DNA from: Asterias rubens
Taxonomy: Eukaryota
Length of the DNA: 64,000 bases
Assembly: GCF_902459465.1 (NCBI RefSeq)
Contig: NC_047073.1
Location: 7,316,001-7,380,000 of the forward strand
Direction of reading: 5' to 3'
Shown: piece after piece, positions 13,646 through 26,740 of the stretch
How the letters are laid out: each line of letters starts with the position of its first letter
How positions within the stretch are numbered: the first letter of the stretch is position 1
Position numbers and translations under genes: made by a program
Notes under the pieces: generated by a model
What the model saw: only the letters and a program-made list of their open reading frames with translations
Databases searched by the model: none
What the model was told of the DNA's origin: nothing

Positions 13646-14035
13646 GGACACTGGACCTTTGGTAATTCCAAAGACCAGTCTACTCAGTTGGTGTATTTCA
13701 ACATTATGCATACAAACAACAAACCTGTGAAAATTTGAACTCAATTGGTCGTCGGAGTTGTGAGATTATAACGGAAGAAAAACCACCCTGGTCGCACGCA
13801 GGTGTGTGCTTTCATGCTTGATTTCGAGGACTCGAAATAACATTCGTGGAAATATACTTCTTTCTCGAGAGAAGCAAGTTAGGTATCAATACCCCCCCCC
13901 CTCTCCTCCCCTCGGAAACTACATTACTTCAGAGGGAGCTGTTACTCACAATGTGTTATATTATCAACATCTATCCATTTAAGGAATTTTTTTATGGTAA
14001 TAATTATTTTGAGAAGTTACCAATAGCCACTGCCT
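13646..14035 (+). mobile_element. Kolobok-type MITE family A with a ~45-bp internal insertion
   Basis: Homology to 2578-2960; right end CCACTGCCT followed by TTAA at 14036. Confidence 0.75.
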
Positions 14036-14952
14036 TTAAGCACCGACAACATCTCATTTTATTGACTGGCTTTTGAACAGAATTTATACTTATGACTGCA
14101 CGAACACAAAACTTTCTCCTATAACAATGAGAGACAAGTAGCAAAGTGTTCTCTAATTTGAAAAGGGTTTCCATTTTCGATTCAGTTTTATGATCCAAAA
14201 AACAATTTGAGTAAGCTCGGGTTAGAATGGTGTCAAATACCACTGTGATTGATACACTTCACGCGCAATTTTTGTCAACGCAAAAACATGTTCGAGACGT
14301 CACATTTCAAAATGATGGTCTGTAAACTTTTGTGCAGAGAATTGACTTTGCTTCCCCCCTCCCCCAGCCCCCTCCCCGGCCCCACTCTCCCTTCCATTCT
14401 TATCAAACCATTGCCCAAGCTGGGCGAAGACAAAACTGCTTTGTCAACGTAAATGCACTCATAACTTATAAAGAAAACTTTCCTTCCAGGGCAAAATGCT
14501 TCGTAATGACATCGTGCTAACAAGGTATACAATATGCATCCCATGATTTGGGGCACAACATGTACTCAGGCCTCAACCTAACCTGGGTGTTAAAAGACAA
14601 GGGGTTGCTATTTTAAAAAGAGGTGAAGAAATTTTGAGGGGGGAAGCCCCGGAGTTTGTGAGTGGGCATAGTGAGATCCAAGCTGTTTTCGAACGGAAAT
14701 CTGCAGCTTATCGCACAGCTTGTTCTCGTAAAGTTTTTAATTCAAAATTTGTCTAACTTAGTATTATGTATGTCGTCGAGTGTGAGAGCTTTTTTTATTT
14801 TCAGCACCAAACTCCCGAAGATGTGTCACCTGTGGCGACTAAAGGGTAATCAAGGAGAAGCAAGTTGGGTACCAATACCCCCTCCCCCTCCCCCTGTTGA
14901 TGATTGAAGTTTATAGAGCCTCGAAGTTTATAGAGCCTCGAGGCCACGTATA

Positions 14953-15123
14953 CAGGCCTCGAATTTCGTTCTTGAAAGGGGCACAGCTATTTACCTTTGG
15001 TATAAAGGGGCACTTTAATTGAGGAAAATTTAAACTTTACTTAACCTTTGCAGAGGGCATTACATCAAAAGCAAAGGGCACCACGACACTTGATATGGGT
15101 GCTGTGTGTTATTTCGAGGCCTG
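14953..15123. mobile_element. Possible hAT-like MITE with AGGGCAC subterminal repeats
   Basis: Inverted ends CAGGCCTCGAA / TTCGAGGCCTG; no TSD preserved. Confidence 0.45.
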
Positions 15124-15286
15124 AGTGAAGGTTATCTGATGACGGAACACCCCCTCAGAGATTGAAAATTGGGTCACGCCTCCGATTGGACGTGGGGGCA
15201 AAAAGGGGCACGGTGAAATAGGGGCACCTTGGCAAGGCATTTCCAGAGAAAACATCAGGTGCCCAATCGTCAATAAGTGACCTTAA

Positions 15287-15647
15287 AAGCAGTGGACACT
15301 CTTGGTAATTACTCAAAATAATTATCGTCATAAAACCTTTCTTGATTACGAGTAATGGGGAGAGGTTGATAGTATAAAACATTGTGAGAAACGGCTCCCT
15401 CTGAAGTGACGTAGTTTTCGAGAAAGAAATAATTTTCCACGAATTTGATTTCGAGACCTCAAGTTTAGAACTTGAGGTCTCGAAATCAAGCAGCAGAAAG
15501 CACACAACTTCGTGTGACAAGGTTTTTTTTTTCTTTCACTGTTTTCTCGCAACTTCGACGACGGATTGAGCAGGTTTGTTATTATACGTTGAGATACACC
15601 AAGTGAGAAGACTGGTTTTCGACAATTACCAATAGTGTCCATTGTCT
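15287..15647 (-). mobile_element. Kolobok-type MITE family A, long-hairpin subtype
   Basis: TTAA at 15283 and 15648; perfect 20-bp stem at 15445-15489. Confidence 0.85.
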
Positions 15648-15862
15648 TTAACTAGTTTAAAAGTTTAACATAGTACATAGAAACAGTTTGTATTTTATGC
15701 TATCGGCTTGTAAGAAAAAATGCACTTTGTTGCCTATTTAGCAAGTATTATGTGCAACGGACAAGGAATCATTACTCAAAGTGATTATACAAAGTGTATG
15801 TTTTTGTGCAAACTAAATCTATCATAACGCCATGCGGGAAGAAGCACACGAAACAACATTAA

Positions 15863-16234
15863 AGCCATTGGACACTTTCGGTAAACAGTATTGTCCATCA
15901 AAGTCCACACTTCGTGTATCACAACTGATATAAAAAATAACAAACCTGTGAAAATTTAGGCTCAATCGGTCATCGGAGTCGGGAGAAAATAACGGGGAAA
16001 ACCCACCCTTGTTTCCGCACGTTTCGCCGTGTCATGACATGTGTTTAAAATAAATCCGTAATTCTCGACAACGAGAATTGATAATTGTTTTAACGTTTTC
16101 TCTAAAGGTAAAGCATTTCATGGAATAATATTTCAAGAGAAGTCTTTCACCATTACCTTCTGTAAACCCTGTACATTATTTGAAAAGCTGTGAACTTTTA
16201 ATTTTGTTTTCTGTTCCGAAAGTGTATAATGGCT
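15863..16234 (+). mobile_element. Kolobok-type MITE family B (young)
   Basis: AGCCATT..AATGGCT TIR; TTAA at 15859 and 16235; very similar inverted copy at 36621-36975. Confidence 0.85.
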
Positions 16235-16240
16235 TTAAAG

Positions 16241-16412
16241 CTTTAGAATTGCAAAGGTCGTGGGTTTGAAACCCACCCGAGTAACATGCCTGTGATGTTT
16301 TTGTTTTAAAGAGCTCGGAAAAGTACTTAGTATACAGTGCTAATACACATTGGTGTAGGCCTATATGGGTAAAACTAAAATGAGTATTCTTCATCCCATG
16401 CAAATTTCCATT
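16241..16412 (+). mobile_element. tRNA-derived SINE, 5'-truncated
   Basis: Degenerate B-box GGTTTGAAACCC; body homologous to the inverted fragment at 29017-29130. Confidence 0.6.
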
Positions 16413-16464
16413 TTTTCTTTTAACAATACAGCTAAAAGAAAATCCGGTTACGCCGCAAAAATAT

Positions 16465-16684
16465 CACGGTTACAACACACTGGATCGCCAATTCTGTCAC
16501 GGTTGCAACACACTGAAGCGCCAATTCTGTCACGGTTGCAACACACTGAAGCGCCAATTCACGGTTGCAACACACTGAAGCGCCAATTCACGGTTGCAAC
16601 ACACTGAAGCGCCAATTCACGGTTGCAACACATGACTGAAGCGCCAATTCACGGTTGCAACACACTGAAGCGCCAATTCTGTCA
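16465..16684. repeat. Minisatellite, 29/33-bp unit CACGGTTGCAACACACTGAAGCGCCAATT(CTGT), about 7 copies
   Basis: Tandem repetition read directly. Confidence 0.9.
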
Positions 16685-18009
16685 CTACTTGTGAGTAGTG
16701 TAGCAAAACTGCGTCCAGATTGTTAGCATTTCATAGATGTAACTTCTTGCAGACATTACGACATATCTTATTGATTTCTTCAATTGTGTGCAGACAACTA
16801 AAGGGTATAGATCTGATCTGATGTAGACAACCCAGGAAGGTTTCATGCCAGATTTTGCCAGATGTGTACAAACCACTTGGGGCTGCCTTGCATCAACATT
16901 TCTGAAACCATTTGGATGCAACTAGATGGTAAGATAAGAGAACCAGCATCTGTTGTTGGGATTCTTGCAACCCTATTACCGTAAAGGAAACACCACTTAG
17001 ACCTTACAAGAACCAGAAATGGGGAGGCTTGTATCCAAAACTAACCGGTATAATATAGAGAAGTGGCTCACCGGTAGCCGTCCTCATTGCCTGTCCACGG
17101 GAGGCAGTCAGGAGACACGACCGGACAAACGCTAATATTGTACTAACCGCTTGGAGAAACACCGGACATTGCAATTTCCAGTTGGATATGCTTACAAGTG
17201 ATTCGATGTCACATAAATTCAGGGGGTAGGAAAGACAGACACGACATATTGAGATCTGGCATTCGTTCGGCATTCTCTTTCCCTTCCATCTTGTTGTCAG
17301 ACGGCCTTTGTGGTGTATCTGTAACGCCCATTGTCTTGCATTCTCTATTTGAATTTGCCGCACCAAGCAATCGTGGGAGTTGTAGGAGTTTTATAATGTC
17401 TGACGAAAAACATACGCGACATAAACAAGCTCCTTCCCCGTGTTGATGTCACGTTCACGACACGTTTAGAAATAAATTAAACATTTAAAGAAAGACGATT
17501 ATGGTTCGCTGCCTTTATGTCCTAAGTTTGTGTTTTATCTACATATTGATAATCAATAATGACATCTCAATATTCGTAATCAGATGTTTGGGCAGTTTTT
17601 TCAAAGTTTTTTCAAAGTCTGTAGATATCGATGTGAAAACAACTTTCAAATTAATCATCAGCATTTTTCTATTGTATTTTTACAATTATTGTGTTTTACT
17701 TCCTTTAACAACCAAATATTACTTCTTCTTTTGTTCAAGTCAAAACATAGCATATCCGGGTCTGAGTTTTAAAACAAAGTTATTGCCATGGTTTCTGATG
17801 TGGCTTTGTATCTCAATGTAAACATTGCTCCGGGTGAATGAAGTATTTTTCCCGGTAGAGAATGTAACTAAATTGTTTTTGTTTACTTCCAGTGTTACGC
17901 CCCCCCCCCCCCCACTCCCTGCTCTCCCCACACACTTATCACTTTTCTATATTTTTCTTCGGGGGCTATTGGCATGTTTTTTCATTATCAAAAAATGTCC
18001 TCCCTCTCT

Positions 18010-18175
18010 AGACGATATGACCTGTGACGTCACATGTTTACAAAAGAGCCACAGGGCCTGGACTTCCTGCAGGCATGATGTGTACACAGCGTCATGGAGA
18101 TTGCACTGATCTACTGTCTAATTCGTATCAACTTTTGATATGATGAAAGGGAGCACATCTCAAAACTTGTCCAGA
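18010..18175 (+). repeat. Old dispersed repeat with invariant core GGACTTCCTGCAGG (other copies at about 36215-36410 and 58240-58400)
   Basis: Three diverged copies share AGAG..GGACTTCCTGCAGG..ATGGAGAT and downstream similarity. Confidence 0.6.
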
Positions 18176-18849
18176 TTTAAATTTCATAATTCGTGGATTT
18201 ATGTGGAAATTTATGCCACAAAATGTCAACTTTCCCATAAGACCTGTGTAGCATTTTGCCTGCCAGAACATCCGAATAATGCACAAGGTCACACTTATTG
18301 TAAACAAAGTTCACGTGGTCTATTGCTATGTCACCTGTGGCTACGGTTGAACCTTGACGTACACAAGTAACCGCCAGCGCACCACAAACTAGTCAAATAA
18401 TTGTGACGAACATTCGTTGGTATGAACACATAAATATTACTACTTGACGCTTTCTTTTGTTCTGTGTGAAGCAAGGTGTGTGATTATGAATAGGTGAATT
18501 AAACCGACCCAGTGACCGGTTTATAATAGTAAAACGGAAGTGGTTTTAATTCCCAATGGACTTTGAAGTTTGGAATGGATGGTATTTTTAAGGGCGCATA
18601 TTTTTGGCTATAAAAACCATTCAATGCTCTCATCCAAAACCGCACCGAACATTCCTCAATGAACTTAACAGAAATTCGGCGTAAAATGTTGTGAAATTAT
18701 AAAATAGTTTTACATGACGTCATGCAGTGTTATACACGCTTTTTAGAGATGTTTGAGGGGCACCAACAATCTCTCTTATCGAGTACGTACACGGTAAGCT
18801 TGGATCTTTCGTGTACGTAACCGGCAAGTTATCATAACGTACACGGTAA

Positions 18850-19935
18850 CAGTGAACGCTTACAGAATGGGTTTCCAAGTAACTTTTGTTAAACAATGTT
18901 TTCCACTAAAATGGGTCACAAATCCATGGGAGCCATACTTCTTCAGAAAAAGATAACTTTAGAAACCCTGTATACAAAATGTGCTGAAATGTTATTTTAA
19001 AAAATAACATTTCAGCACAAGTTCACAAAATTAACTCGTAAACATATAATGAACAGGTTAGGATTTGATATAAAGACACTGGACACTATAAATCGGTAAT
19101 TACTCAACATAAATGTTAGCATAAAACCCGGGGAGCTATGTATAGTATAAAACATTTTGTGGGATACTGCTCCCTCTGAAGTAACGTAGTTCTTTTGAGA
19201 AAGAGGTGATTTCTCAATAAAATCATAAAATACTGCAACTGAAGCCATTCGGCACAAAAATACATAAAATCGCTTCGTTAAAAGAAAATGCATCGGTTAT
19301 GTTTTGTTTTAAAGATAAGAGAAGCTACATTGTAATTGAAAGCGGGAAGCCGTGACACTCCTGAAAAAACTGGAGTCAGTCATTTGCGTAATGTCTTGCT
19401 TAGTAATCTAGTACTACAACGCGTGACCAAACGTCTTCTATCTAACGGTTAGGAGTGATTTATCTATACCATTAGCTCACACAAAAACTCTCTTCCGAAA
19501 TCTGTATTAGAGAACACTTACAAAATGGGTTTCCAATTAACTTTTGTTAAAAATACTTTCCACTAAAATGGGCCAAAACTGCCAACACCGGACGGATAAA
19601 AATATAAAGGATCCATTGTTATTCAGAAAAAAAAGTAACTGTAAAAAAAAAACATACAGAAGATTTGCAAAAAAGAAAAAAAAAAACATCAGTACATAAA
19701 TATAACTCGTTCAAAATTTAGATTTGTTTTAAAACGTGTATAAGAAGCTACATGATAATTAAAAGCGGTAAGCCGTGACACTCCTGCAAAACATGTTGAG
19801 TCAAATGCGTAATATATGTCTAGCTCAATTGGTTATCTACTAACGAGTGAGTGACCAAATGTCTTCTATATCTAACGGGAGTGATTTATCTCTATACCAT
19901 TAGCTCACACCAAAACCCTCTTCCGAAATCATTTA
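18850..19935. repeat. Diverged tandem duplication (unit about 430 bp); first unit interrupted by a Kolobok family A remnant at 19073-19215
   Basis: AATGGGTTTCCAA..CCACTAAAATGGG at about 18866 and 19524; GAAGCTACA..CTCTTCCGAAATC at about 19322 and 19744. Confidence 0.75.
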
Positions 19936-19941
19936 CAAGCT

Positions 19942-20110
19942 TTATAACCTCCCTTGTTTTTCCCATGAAATCCGGAACAGAATACTTAAGGACTCCGCCA
20001 CACCAGTCGCCAGCGACCTAATTTGTACGGGAAACGATGTTATGTCTTCCGCTAAACTTTCCGTTATTAATAAGTGATTTAGGGTGTTGTAAGACGTCGT
20101 TTTAGGGGCA
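19942..20110 (-). mobile_element. Degenerate CR1/L2-clade LINE ORF2 fragment (region just before the RT core)
   Basis: IRSLATGVAESLSILFRISWEKQG resembles the recalled LKELAxxIAEPLSILFNxSLxxG motif. Confidence 0.4.
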
Positions 20111-20867
20111 AAAGGGGTACATCTTCGGAAGGGTCGCGCGCCCCGTTGGGTGGGACACAACTGAACATTATACTAGGGTCTACTATAATGGGTTGAAGCT
20201 TCCGTTTTGCAATGGGGTTTAACTGGGAATGTCGCTCTCGTGAGGGCTGTACGTCGTCGGTTTAATTAAACTTTATTTGACTGGGGAATTCCCCCAGATA
20301 ATATACCATGTGACATTTTCTCTGAGGATGAGTAGGGTTCGATGATGGGTAGCAAAGGACATCTACTGCCGGAAAGGGCGGCAATGTCACTGGACCACCA
20401 ACATGTTGATTTATCTGTTTAAGTAGTTTTACTTGTACATAATTACGAAATTATCATCCCTAGTGGATTCCACTTTGTGTGGATGGAAATGTTGACGATA
20501 TGGATTATCTAAAGAATTGACTCATCTTTAACTTAGTTTTTTTTTCTTTTCAAAATTTAACTCCGTCGCTATTATTTTTAATTTTTTTCATTTTTGGGAG
20601 GGATATTTCATTATTTTTTTTACAATGAACTGTTAGTAGGAGCTATAATTCTTTTATTTCATACATTATTTTTAGCAACTGTTTCTCTACCGAACTGCTC
20701 CATAACAAAAAAAAATAGACTTACCTTTTTGTTTGAAAATTCCAACGGTTCAATTATTATTTATTTTGAATGAGTAACTTTTACGCTGTTTTCGTTTATT
20801 ATGTTTCAAACTTGCTTGTATATCCCATTTTAATGAGATATTTGGTATGTTATAGGAAGACAATTCA

Positions 20868-21180
20868 AAGGCAGTGGAAACTATTGGTAATTACTCAAAA
20901 TAATTATTAGCATAAAACCTTACTTGGTTACGAGTATTGGGGAGCTGTTGACAGTATAAAACATTGTGAGAAACGGCTCCCTCTGAAATAACGGATAGTT
21001 TTTTGAGAAAGAGTATATTTTCCACGAATTTGATTTCGAGACCTCAAAATTAGATTTTGCGTGTCTCGAAATCAAGCATCTGAAAGCACACAACTTCTTG
21101 TGACAAGGGTGTTTTTTCTTTCATTATTATCTCGCAACTTCGACGACCAATTGAGCTAAAATTTTCACAGGTTTGTTATT
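20868..21180 (-). mobile_element. Kolobok-type MITE family A, truncated
   Basis: One TIR plus the hairpin body; other end missing. Confidence 0.75.
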
Positions 21181-21540
21181 AATAATCGAACGGTTCCAAA
21201 ACCCAAAGGTAAACAATGCATTTTACAAATGTTATTGCACGTTTGAAATTAAAACAATACCTGTTAAAAACTTTGTATAACCAACCAGAATGACATGGGG
21301 TGTAAAATGTTAATAATTATTCATGGCCTTGCCCTGACGCGTTCACCCTAGCAGAATCAGTTCATAATTTCTTACCATAAAACTTTGGGTGGCCAAGTCG
21401 GATTTTTTCAAATACTGTTTAAATATGATTATATACGCTTTCGGTTTGTAAATTTTAGTGAGACAATATTGTCATAAACAAGAACACAAGTAAAATGCAA
21501 ATGTGTTTCCCCTTGTATTCCTTTAATGTCACATTTTTTT

Positions 21541-21878
21541 GTCAAAGACAATCTCACTTGGTGTATCCCAACATAATTATGCATAGAATAACAAACCTGT
21601 GCAAATTTGAGCTCAATTGGTCACAGCATTTTTAAGCGAATAATGAAAGAAAAAAACACCCTTGTTGTATTAGGCTACGTTGTGTACTTTCAGATGCATC
21701 AGCTGAAGTATATTATTATTTTGGTGAAAAATTACCTCTATTAGAAACTAGGTTACTCCAGAGGGAGCCATTTCTCACAATGTTTTATACTATCAACCTC
21801 TCTCTATATTGCTCGTTACCAAGTTAGTTTTTATGCTAACAATTATTTTGAGTAATTACCAAGTAGTGTCCAGTGCCT
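21541..21878 (+). mobile_element. Kolobok-type MITE family A, left end degenerate
   Basis: Homology to family A; GTGTCCAGTGCCT followed by TTAA at 21879. Confidence 0.75.
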
Positions 21879-23654
21879 TTAATGCAAATCTTGGAAAACC
21901 ATTTAATAATCAAATCATATATTGTTATTATACACACCCGCAAGAGACTTAATAGAAATGCCCACTTTGATCAGGATAAAGAACGGGTTCAAATCCCAAA
22001 GCAATTATTTCGTGCGTTATTTTCTTTGACTATGTGCAAATAAGTTAATCCAACGACTTAGGCAAACGGATAAACCTTATAGAAACTTTTTTTTAAAGAT
22101 GACATTTTTCATCTCCAGTGTATTTGTGTATAATGGGTCTTCAATTAATGAATTTATGAGACGCAATCCTACAAGTACAAAAGCCTTCTGTCGCTTTTAG
22201 GGGTGATCCTCGAGGGAATAAGGCCGGGGCTCGAGGGCAATTTTTCCCGCCTAGAAGAACCGACTGCAATCGGCGTTATCGGTCTAGAGCGGATATCCCC
22301 TATTGCACTAGGGATTACTTCATATTACCATTATCACGAATCTATGGTGCACTTGCAAGTTATGACCCAACTCGACATTGGTATCTTTCTCACAGTCACC
22401 CTGTTCGCCGAAACTGTGCGATGTTCGGCTGACACTCAACGCATACAACTAAACCCATCCGCGCTGCTTATATAGCTCGCCAAAAATATACAAGGCGCGT
22501 AATGATATAGCCGTATCACTGAGGTGAACTGGCGTTTACTATGTAGTCCATATCCCTGGCGCGGTCATGGTCTGCCTGTTGACTCACACGGCAACAAAGT
22601 GCTCGTCCGCGCTGCTGGCTCGCTGTTGGGATTATGTTGTTTTACCATAATCATATTACAGTCATCCGAGCGTAATAATGCCACGTCTATTGTCTGGTTG
22701 GACACCGACGGCTGGTTCATGTTTGCACTTTGTATTTTTCCTTTTGTGAATTACCACTCTGGATAGTGATATGGTTGTGTTACTTTTGTTGATGGATATA
22801 GATATGATTTGGTTCACTTTTTGTGAGAAAGCATTACAAAGAACTTCTGATTTGTAAGTTATTGGTGGCGTAACAAATTACAAAGTAAGAAACACCGAAC
22901 TGCGAGTTCAGTTTATTTGTGGCTTAACAAACCATAGGAAAAGGAACATACACTATACACAGAGATTATTACACGCAACATGAACTTGACTGATGATCCA
23001 CTGCACACATAACAAAAAGCAACAGTCGTCGGTTAGGAAAAAACCCAAAATAATAATAATACACATTTTCACAGCCTTTTTTTTTATGAATCATACCTTT
23101 ATTTAATTTGCAGACGTCCCAATATCCTCATGAACTATGAAAGCTTTGTGTTTGGAAATATTATATTGTGTGACATGGAGAAATTTTTGAGACAATGACT
23201 TTCTAGGAAATCAAAACCAAAATGTGTTACCCCCATGCATCTATTAGTCTATATTAATCTGTCTATTGGTGGAATGGCGTTATGCAAAATGAAATCATCA
23301 ATCCAAAGTGAAAATGAAAGACGCTGTGGTCGGTGGAACAGATTCGCTCTTGAGATATCATTTCAGTACCAGAAATGTTATCAGTATTTTAACAAAAATA
23401 AAAATACTATAAAATACTATTATTTCGAACAAGGAAATTGTTGTCATTAATGTCTTCATTAATGTCTTCGTTTTTTTTAAGTTTTTTTTTTAGCTTCGCG
23501 GAAATGTAGAAAATGTGGTTGCAGTAAGTTGTCAACTTTTATTCAGTTTTCATGTGAATAAAAGGTCAGTGAATGAGCTTTGATTCATGGTTGATTTGAC
23601 TGACTCTTAACAGGTTTTGATTGTATTTATATTGTTTTTTACAACATCATGGAA

Positions 23655-23789
23655 GTGGGCTTTTCGGAACATTGTGTGACTTGTGACTTGATAATCGAAA
23701 ATGTGACTTGTGACTTGACTTAACTTGAGCAATGATGACTTGCGACTTGACTTGACTTAAGAAAAAATTACTTGATTACGACAACACTG
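23655..23789. mobile_element. GACTT(G)-repeat terminus of a hAT-like element
   Basis: About 12 GACTT-like units ending in CAACACTG (reverse complement of a CAGTGTTG hAT-type end). Confidence 0.5.
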
Positions 23790-24667
23790 ACAATAGGCTT
23801 ATGGGTCAATAAAAGGCCTAAACAGTGACACAGCAATATCGACTTGATTTCTATTCATGCTTCATTCCTGAAAAGCAAAACTATACTTCCCCCAGCTTCC
23901 ATCGTGCCCCCCCCCCACCCACCCCCACCATTTCAATCATACAACAACCACGTCCTGTATTTATATCTAATACTCAAATAATGTAAGTGCAAGTATTGTA
24001 CTTTAGGTCCACATGATATAACTCTTAGATCATGAAAATAAACTTATAGGCTACTAATCATTTTCTTCTAAACAAAATATGAAAATAATCATGATCAATC
24101 AAAAACAAGGGGACAATTCAAGGGAGCCGATTTTGATTGGAACCCCCGACACGGCTGGTTTTCAGATAATAATTTGACCACTTTTGGTATTTTGTTTGCC
24201 TATTTCATGAAGGAACATCAAACAGCGCAAGCGCCAATAACATATGCGAATAGGACAAGACTAAGAAATGTCCAGTTTTAAAATGTTCCAATTTGAAAAC
24301 CCACACGGTCATGTAGCGAGTGGAAAGCTCCGGTCTGAAGTGGGGTTCGAACCATGGACAACAAGGTGCAATGGATGCGATAAGAAACTACGCGGCCAAC
24401 AATGACCCCGGGCCCCTTATGTGTATTTGGCCTTGCACCAATTCCCCAGTAATGAACAAGTCATTCGGCCCACCTCTCCGCTCCCTCAAAAAGCGGTTAA
24501 CCACAACTTGCATTTCATATTTATTAATTACAGCACAAAGAATGCAGGTTGTTTTCAGCTAATCAGTGCATCCATGTGCAATTATTACACAATTAATTAT
24601 GTCAAATATGGTGCTTGGTAGCAATTACCGAATTGCCAACCGATGACAGGTGCCCATTGGTGTAAGA

Positions 24668-26167
24668 TATGGGGCGCCGTTTGTCCATTAATTGTTTGAC
24701 ACTATTAAGGCATGTTTTTACCATGGTTTACAGCAATTAGATGTAAACCATAGAAACTGTTGCCAAATCCTGTTATGGTTTACATACCAGTAAAGTATTT
24801 GTTGTGTATAAGTTTATGGTTTACAAACCATGAACATACAAAAAACATTTACAAATCGTGGTTCATAAACCAAGAAAATTTATGCATCTTAAAAACATGG
24901 TTAATAAACCATAAAAACTGAAGCATCAAATTCATGGTTTACAAATCATGGTTTATAAACCATAACAAATGAACCATAAAATCATGGTTTGTGACCATGG
25001 TTTATAAACCATGAAAATCGAGACTTCTTAAAAAACATGGTTTATAAACCATGAACATCGAGACTTCTTAAAAAACATGGTTTATAAACCATGAAAATTT
25101 ACACATCTCAAAAACGTTGTTTGTAAACCATAAAATAATGTGCACTTACAAATCATGGTTTACAAACCATAAAAATGTGCACTCTTGATTTCTGACTGCA
25201 CATTTTTTATGGTTTGTAAACCATGATTTGTGAGTGCACGTTTTTATGGTTTATAAACCGTGATTTGTGAGCGCACACTTTTATGGTTTGTAAACCATGA
25301 TTTCTGAATGCACATTTTTTATGGTTTGTAAACCATGATTTCTGAGTTTACGTTTTCATGGTTTATAAACCATGATTTGTGAGTGCACATTTTTTTATGG
25401 TTTGTAAACCATGATTTGTGAGTGCACACTTTTATGGTTTGTAAACCATGATTTGTGAGTGCATACTTTTTATGGTTTGTAAACCATGATTTCTGAGTGC
25501 ACATTTTTTATGGTTTGTAAACCATGATTTCTGAGTGCACATTTTTTATGGTTTGTAAACCATGATTTCTGAGTGCACATTTTTTATGGTTTGTAAACCA
25601 TGATTTGTGAGTGCACATTTTTATGGTTTGTAAACCATGATTTGTAAGTGCACATTTTTTTATGGTTTACAAACAACGTTTTTGAGATGTGTAAATTTTC
25701 ATGGTTTATAAACCATGTTTTTTAAGAAGTCTCGATTTTCATGGTTTATTAACCATGGTCACAAACCATGATTTTATGGTTCATTTGTTATGGTTTATAA
25801 ACCATGATTTGTAAACCACGAATTTTATTCTTCAATTTTCATGGTTTATAAACCATGTTTTTTTAGATGTCTCAATTTTCATGGTTTATAAACCATGATT
25901 TGTAAACCATGAATTGGTTTTTATGGTTTATTAACCATGTTTTTAAGATGCGTAAATTTTCTTGGTTTATGAACCACGATTTGTAAATGTTTTTTGTATG
26001 TTCATGGTTTGTAAACCATAAACTTATACACAACAAATACTTTACTGGTATGTAAACCATAACAGGATTTGGCAACAGTTTCTATGGTTTACATCTAATT
26101 GCTGTAAACCATGGTAAAAACATGGCTTAAAAGTGTCAAACAATTAATGGACAAACGGCGCCCCATA
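24668..26167. mobile_element. 1.5 kb foldback non-autonomous DNA transposon, TAT..ATA termini, 6-bp TSD (IS3EU-like)
   Basis: Inverted arms of about 500 bp starting TATGGGGCGCCGTTTGTCC; GTAAGA at 24662-24667 and 26168-26173; dozens of ATGGTTTRTAAACCAT palindromes. Confidence 0.85.
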
Positions 26168-26338
26168 GTAAGATGTGGGGGAAAACTTCCCGCTCTATTA
26201 TAGAACTTGTTTTATACGCAGTGGAAACGTTTGACTTGTTTTCATTGATTGTGAGGAACTGTCGGGCTTCTAGGTGTTAGGTCATGAAATTAATTTCAAG
26301 CCGGTAATATATACATACAGGCTTGTAATTAGGTTTAA

Positions 26339-26740
26339 AGGAACACGTTACATTGGATCGGACGAGTTGGTCTATACAAGGGGTTGGAAACCATTTGTTA
26401 TGAAATGCATCTGGTTAGAAAGATGTTTTAAAAGTAGAATATAATGATCCACACAAGTATCACTCAGAATTGCACGGTTTTCATTTTACGTCGCGAACTA
26501 ACACGGTCGGCCATTTATGGGAGTCAAATTTATTTATGGGAGTCAAATTTTTGACTCCCATAAATGGCCGACCGTGTTTGTCGACGAGGTAAAACGAAAA
26601 CCACGCAATTTCGAGGCATATTTGTGTAGATCATTGTATTCTGCTTTTATAACATCTTTCTAACCATACAGATTTTATAACAAACGGTTACAGAACGCTT
26701 TTTAAAGACAAACTCGACCGATCCAAGGTAACGTGTTCCT
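26339..26740 (+). mobile_element. Kolobok-type MITE family D with central palindrome
   Basis: TIR AGGAACACGTTAC; TTAA at 26335 and 26741; homologous copy at 37108-37447. Confidence 0.85.

Noticed and set aside
16685-17446. Cys-containing ORFs (CRVC) as a zinc-finger gene or transposase
   Set aside because: Motifs fall in different frames with many stops; nothing assignable
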